Source: a virus (taxonomy: Duplodnaviria > Heunggongvirae > Uroviricota > Caudoviricetes). From it: DNA of 28,031 bases. Below the pieces are notes generated by a model. It was not told the DNA's origin. It made no database searches and saw only the letters and a list, made by a program, of their open reading frames with translations. A program made the translations under genes and the position numbers. Of the stretch, positions 26,886 through 28,031 are shown piece by piece (the first letter of the stretch is position 1; each line of letters opens with the position of its first letter). Where the stretch lies: the IMG/VR virus record IMGVR_UViG_2740892212_000023. The stretch is one strand, 5' to 3'.

Positions 26886-28031
26886 TTCATCAAGCCAGTC
26901 CGTCCACCATTGCATCATTTCTCTGCGCTTATCGAGATACTGAGCATGGTTGTAAATCCCGCGCACAGATCCGCCGTTGGCATGTGCCAGTTGCACTTCA
27001 ATAGCATCAGCAGGCCATTCGTGCTCGTTCATAATCGTGCTGAATTCATGCCTGAATCCGTGACCGCTTTCCAGACCCTCATAGCCGATTTGTTTGATCA
27101 CAAGTAGCACCGCGTTCTCGCAGATTGGCTTCTTCTTATCGTTGCGCCCGGCAAAAACAAACTCTGATACTGGTTTAGTGATGGAGCTTAGCGTAGTGAG
27201 AAGTTCAACCACCTGGTCTGACATAGGAACAACATGAATCTTGCGGCCCTTCATCACACTGGCGTCGATAGTGATAATCCTGTTTTCAAAATCGACGTTC
27301 TTCCATTGCATGGAGCGAAGCTCTTTCGTTCTTAGGGCTGTGTAGCGTAAAACTTTGGTCGCAATGAGCGATATGATGCTTCCTGAAAATGTTGCCAGTG
27401 CTTTGTTGAATGCAGGGATCTGGTCTGCTGGGAGAAACGGGAAGTTCTTCTTGCGGTATCCCTTCATGGCGTCAGCAAGGTCAGGTGCCGGGTTATATTT
27501 AGCCCTACCAGTGACAATAGCGTAACGGAAAACCTCGCCGCATCTTCTGCGGGCTTTGTTGGCTCGCTCCATTGCACCGCGATCTTCAAATCTGCGGATT
27601 ACTTCCAGCAGTTGCATCGGCTCAATATCCTGAATTTCAAGGCCGCCGATGATAGGTAAAATGTCGTCATCAAACATTTTTGCAAGTTCAGTTGCATAGC
27701 CTACTGACCAGACTTGCTTCTTGTGCTCGTACCATTCCTTGTAAATCGCACTAAAGGAATTGTTGTTAGACGAAGCCTTTTTCGCTTTTACCGGATCGAT
27801 GCCAACCGAGATGTCTTTCCTCGCGGTCCATGCTTTATCTCTTGCCTCCTGCAAAGTCATTAGCGGATATTTTCCTACGGTCAGGATTTTCTCCTTACCG
27901 TCAATCTTGTAGCGAAGCTGCCATACCTTTTTCCCTGACACAGGGACATAAAGGTACAGGCCATTACTATCGAGTAGGCGGTATGGTTTTTCTTTCGGCT
28001 TTGCTGCTTCAATCTGCTTAACGGTGAGCAT
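26874..28031 (-). CDS. int: Tyrosine site-specific integrase (P4-like N-terminal arm-binding region)
   Basis: 385 aa; the ATG is the last three bases of the window. N-terminus MLTVKQIEAAKPKEKPYRLLDSNGLYLYV…GKKVWQLRYKIDGKEKILTVGKYP…, C-terminal catalytic motifs …GHGFRHEF… and …RGIYNHAQYLDKR…. Confidence 0.9.
   Translation of the reverse strand: MLTVKQIEAAKPKEKPYRLLDSNGLYLYVPVSGKKVWQLRYKIDGKEKILTVGKYPLMTLQEARDKAWTARKDISVGIDPVKAKKASSNNNSFSAIYKEWYEHKKQVWSVGYATELAKMFDDDILPIIGGLEIQDIEPMQLLEVIRRFEDRGAMERANKARRRCGEVFRYAIVTGRAKYNPAPDLADAMKGYRKKNFPFLPADQIPAFNKALATFSGSIISLIATKVLRYTALRTKELRSMQWKNVDFENRIITIDASVMKGRKIHVVPMSDQVVELLTTLSSITKPVSEFVFAGRNDKKKPICENAVLLVIKQIGYEGLESGHGFRHEFSTIMNEHEWPADAIEVQLAHANGGSVRGIYNHAQYLDKRREMMQWWTDWLDEKVE

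Overview
This window reads as a nearly complete late region of a mosaic lambdoid/P22-like temperate phage or prophage, and all gene identifications rest on my reading of the ORF translations, not on any database search. Gene order on the + strand: ninB C-terminus, a Dam-type methyltransferase, ninE, ninF, a small ORF, YbcO-like, rusA, ninH, Q antiterminator, the late promoter pR', then S, R, Rz and Rz1 (lysis), rha, orf80, then a P22-type packaging and morphogenesis block (terminase small subunit with an apparent pac site, terminase large subunit, portal, scaffold, coat, gp4, gp10, tail needle gp26, gp14, ejection proteins gp7, gp20, gp16), an accessory island at about 20.65 to 24.6 kb, a tailspike, and a convergent tyrosine integrase ending at the window edge. 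The most unusual content is in two places. First, the pR'/6S leader carries an inserted HNH-AP2 homing-endonuclease gene that appears frameshifted, followed by two tRNA-like genes. Second, the accessory island between gp16 and the tailspike holds a membrane protein, a P63C-like protein behind a four-operator promoter, an Mnt-like repressor co-transcribed with a ClpP-family peptidase, and an arc homologue broken by a 19-bp tandem duplication upstream of an intact ant. A roughly 110-nt leader with conserved interleaved inverted repeats also occurs twice, upstream of the HNH gene and upstream of rha. No CRISPR array or IS element was seen.
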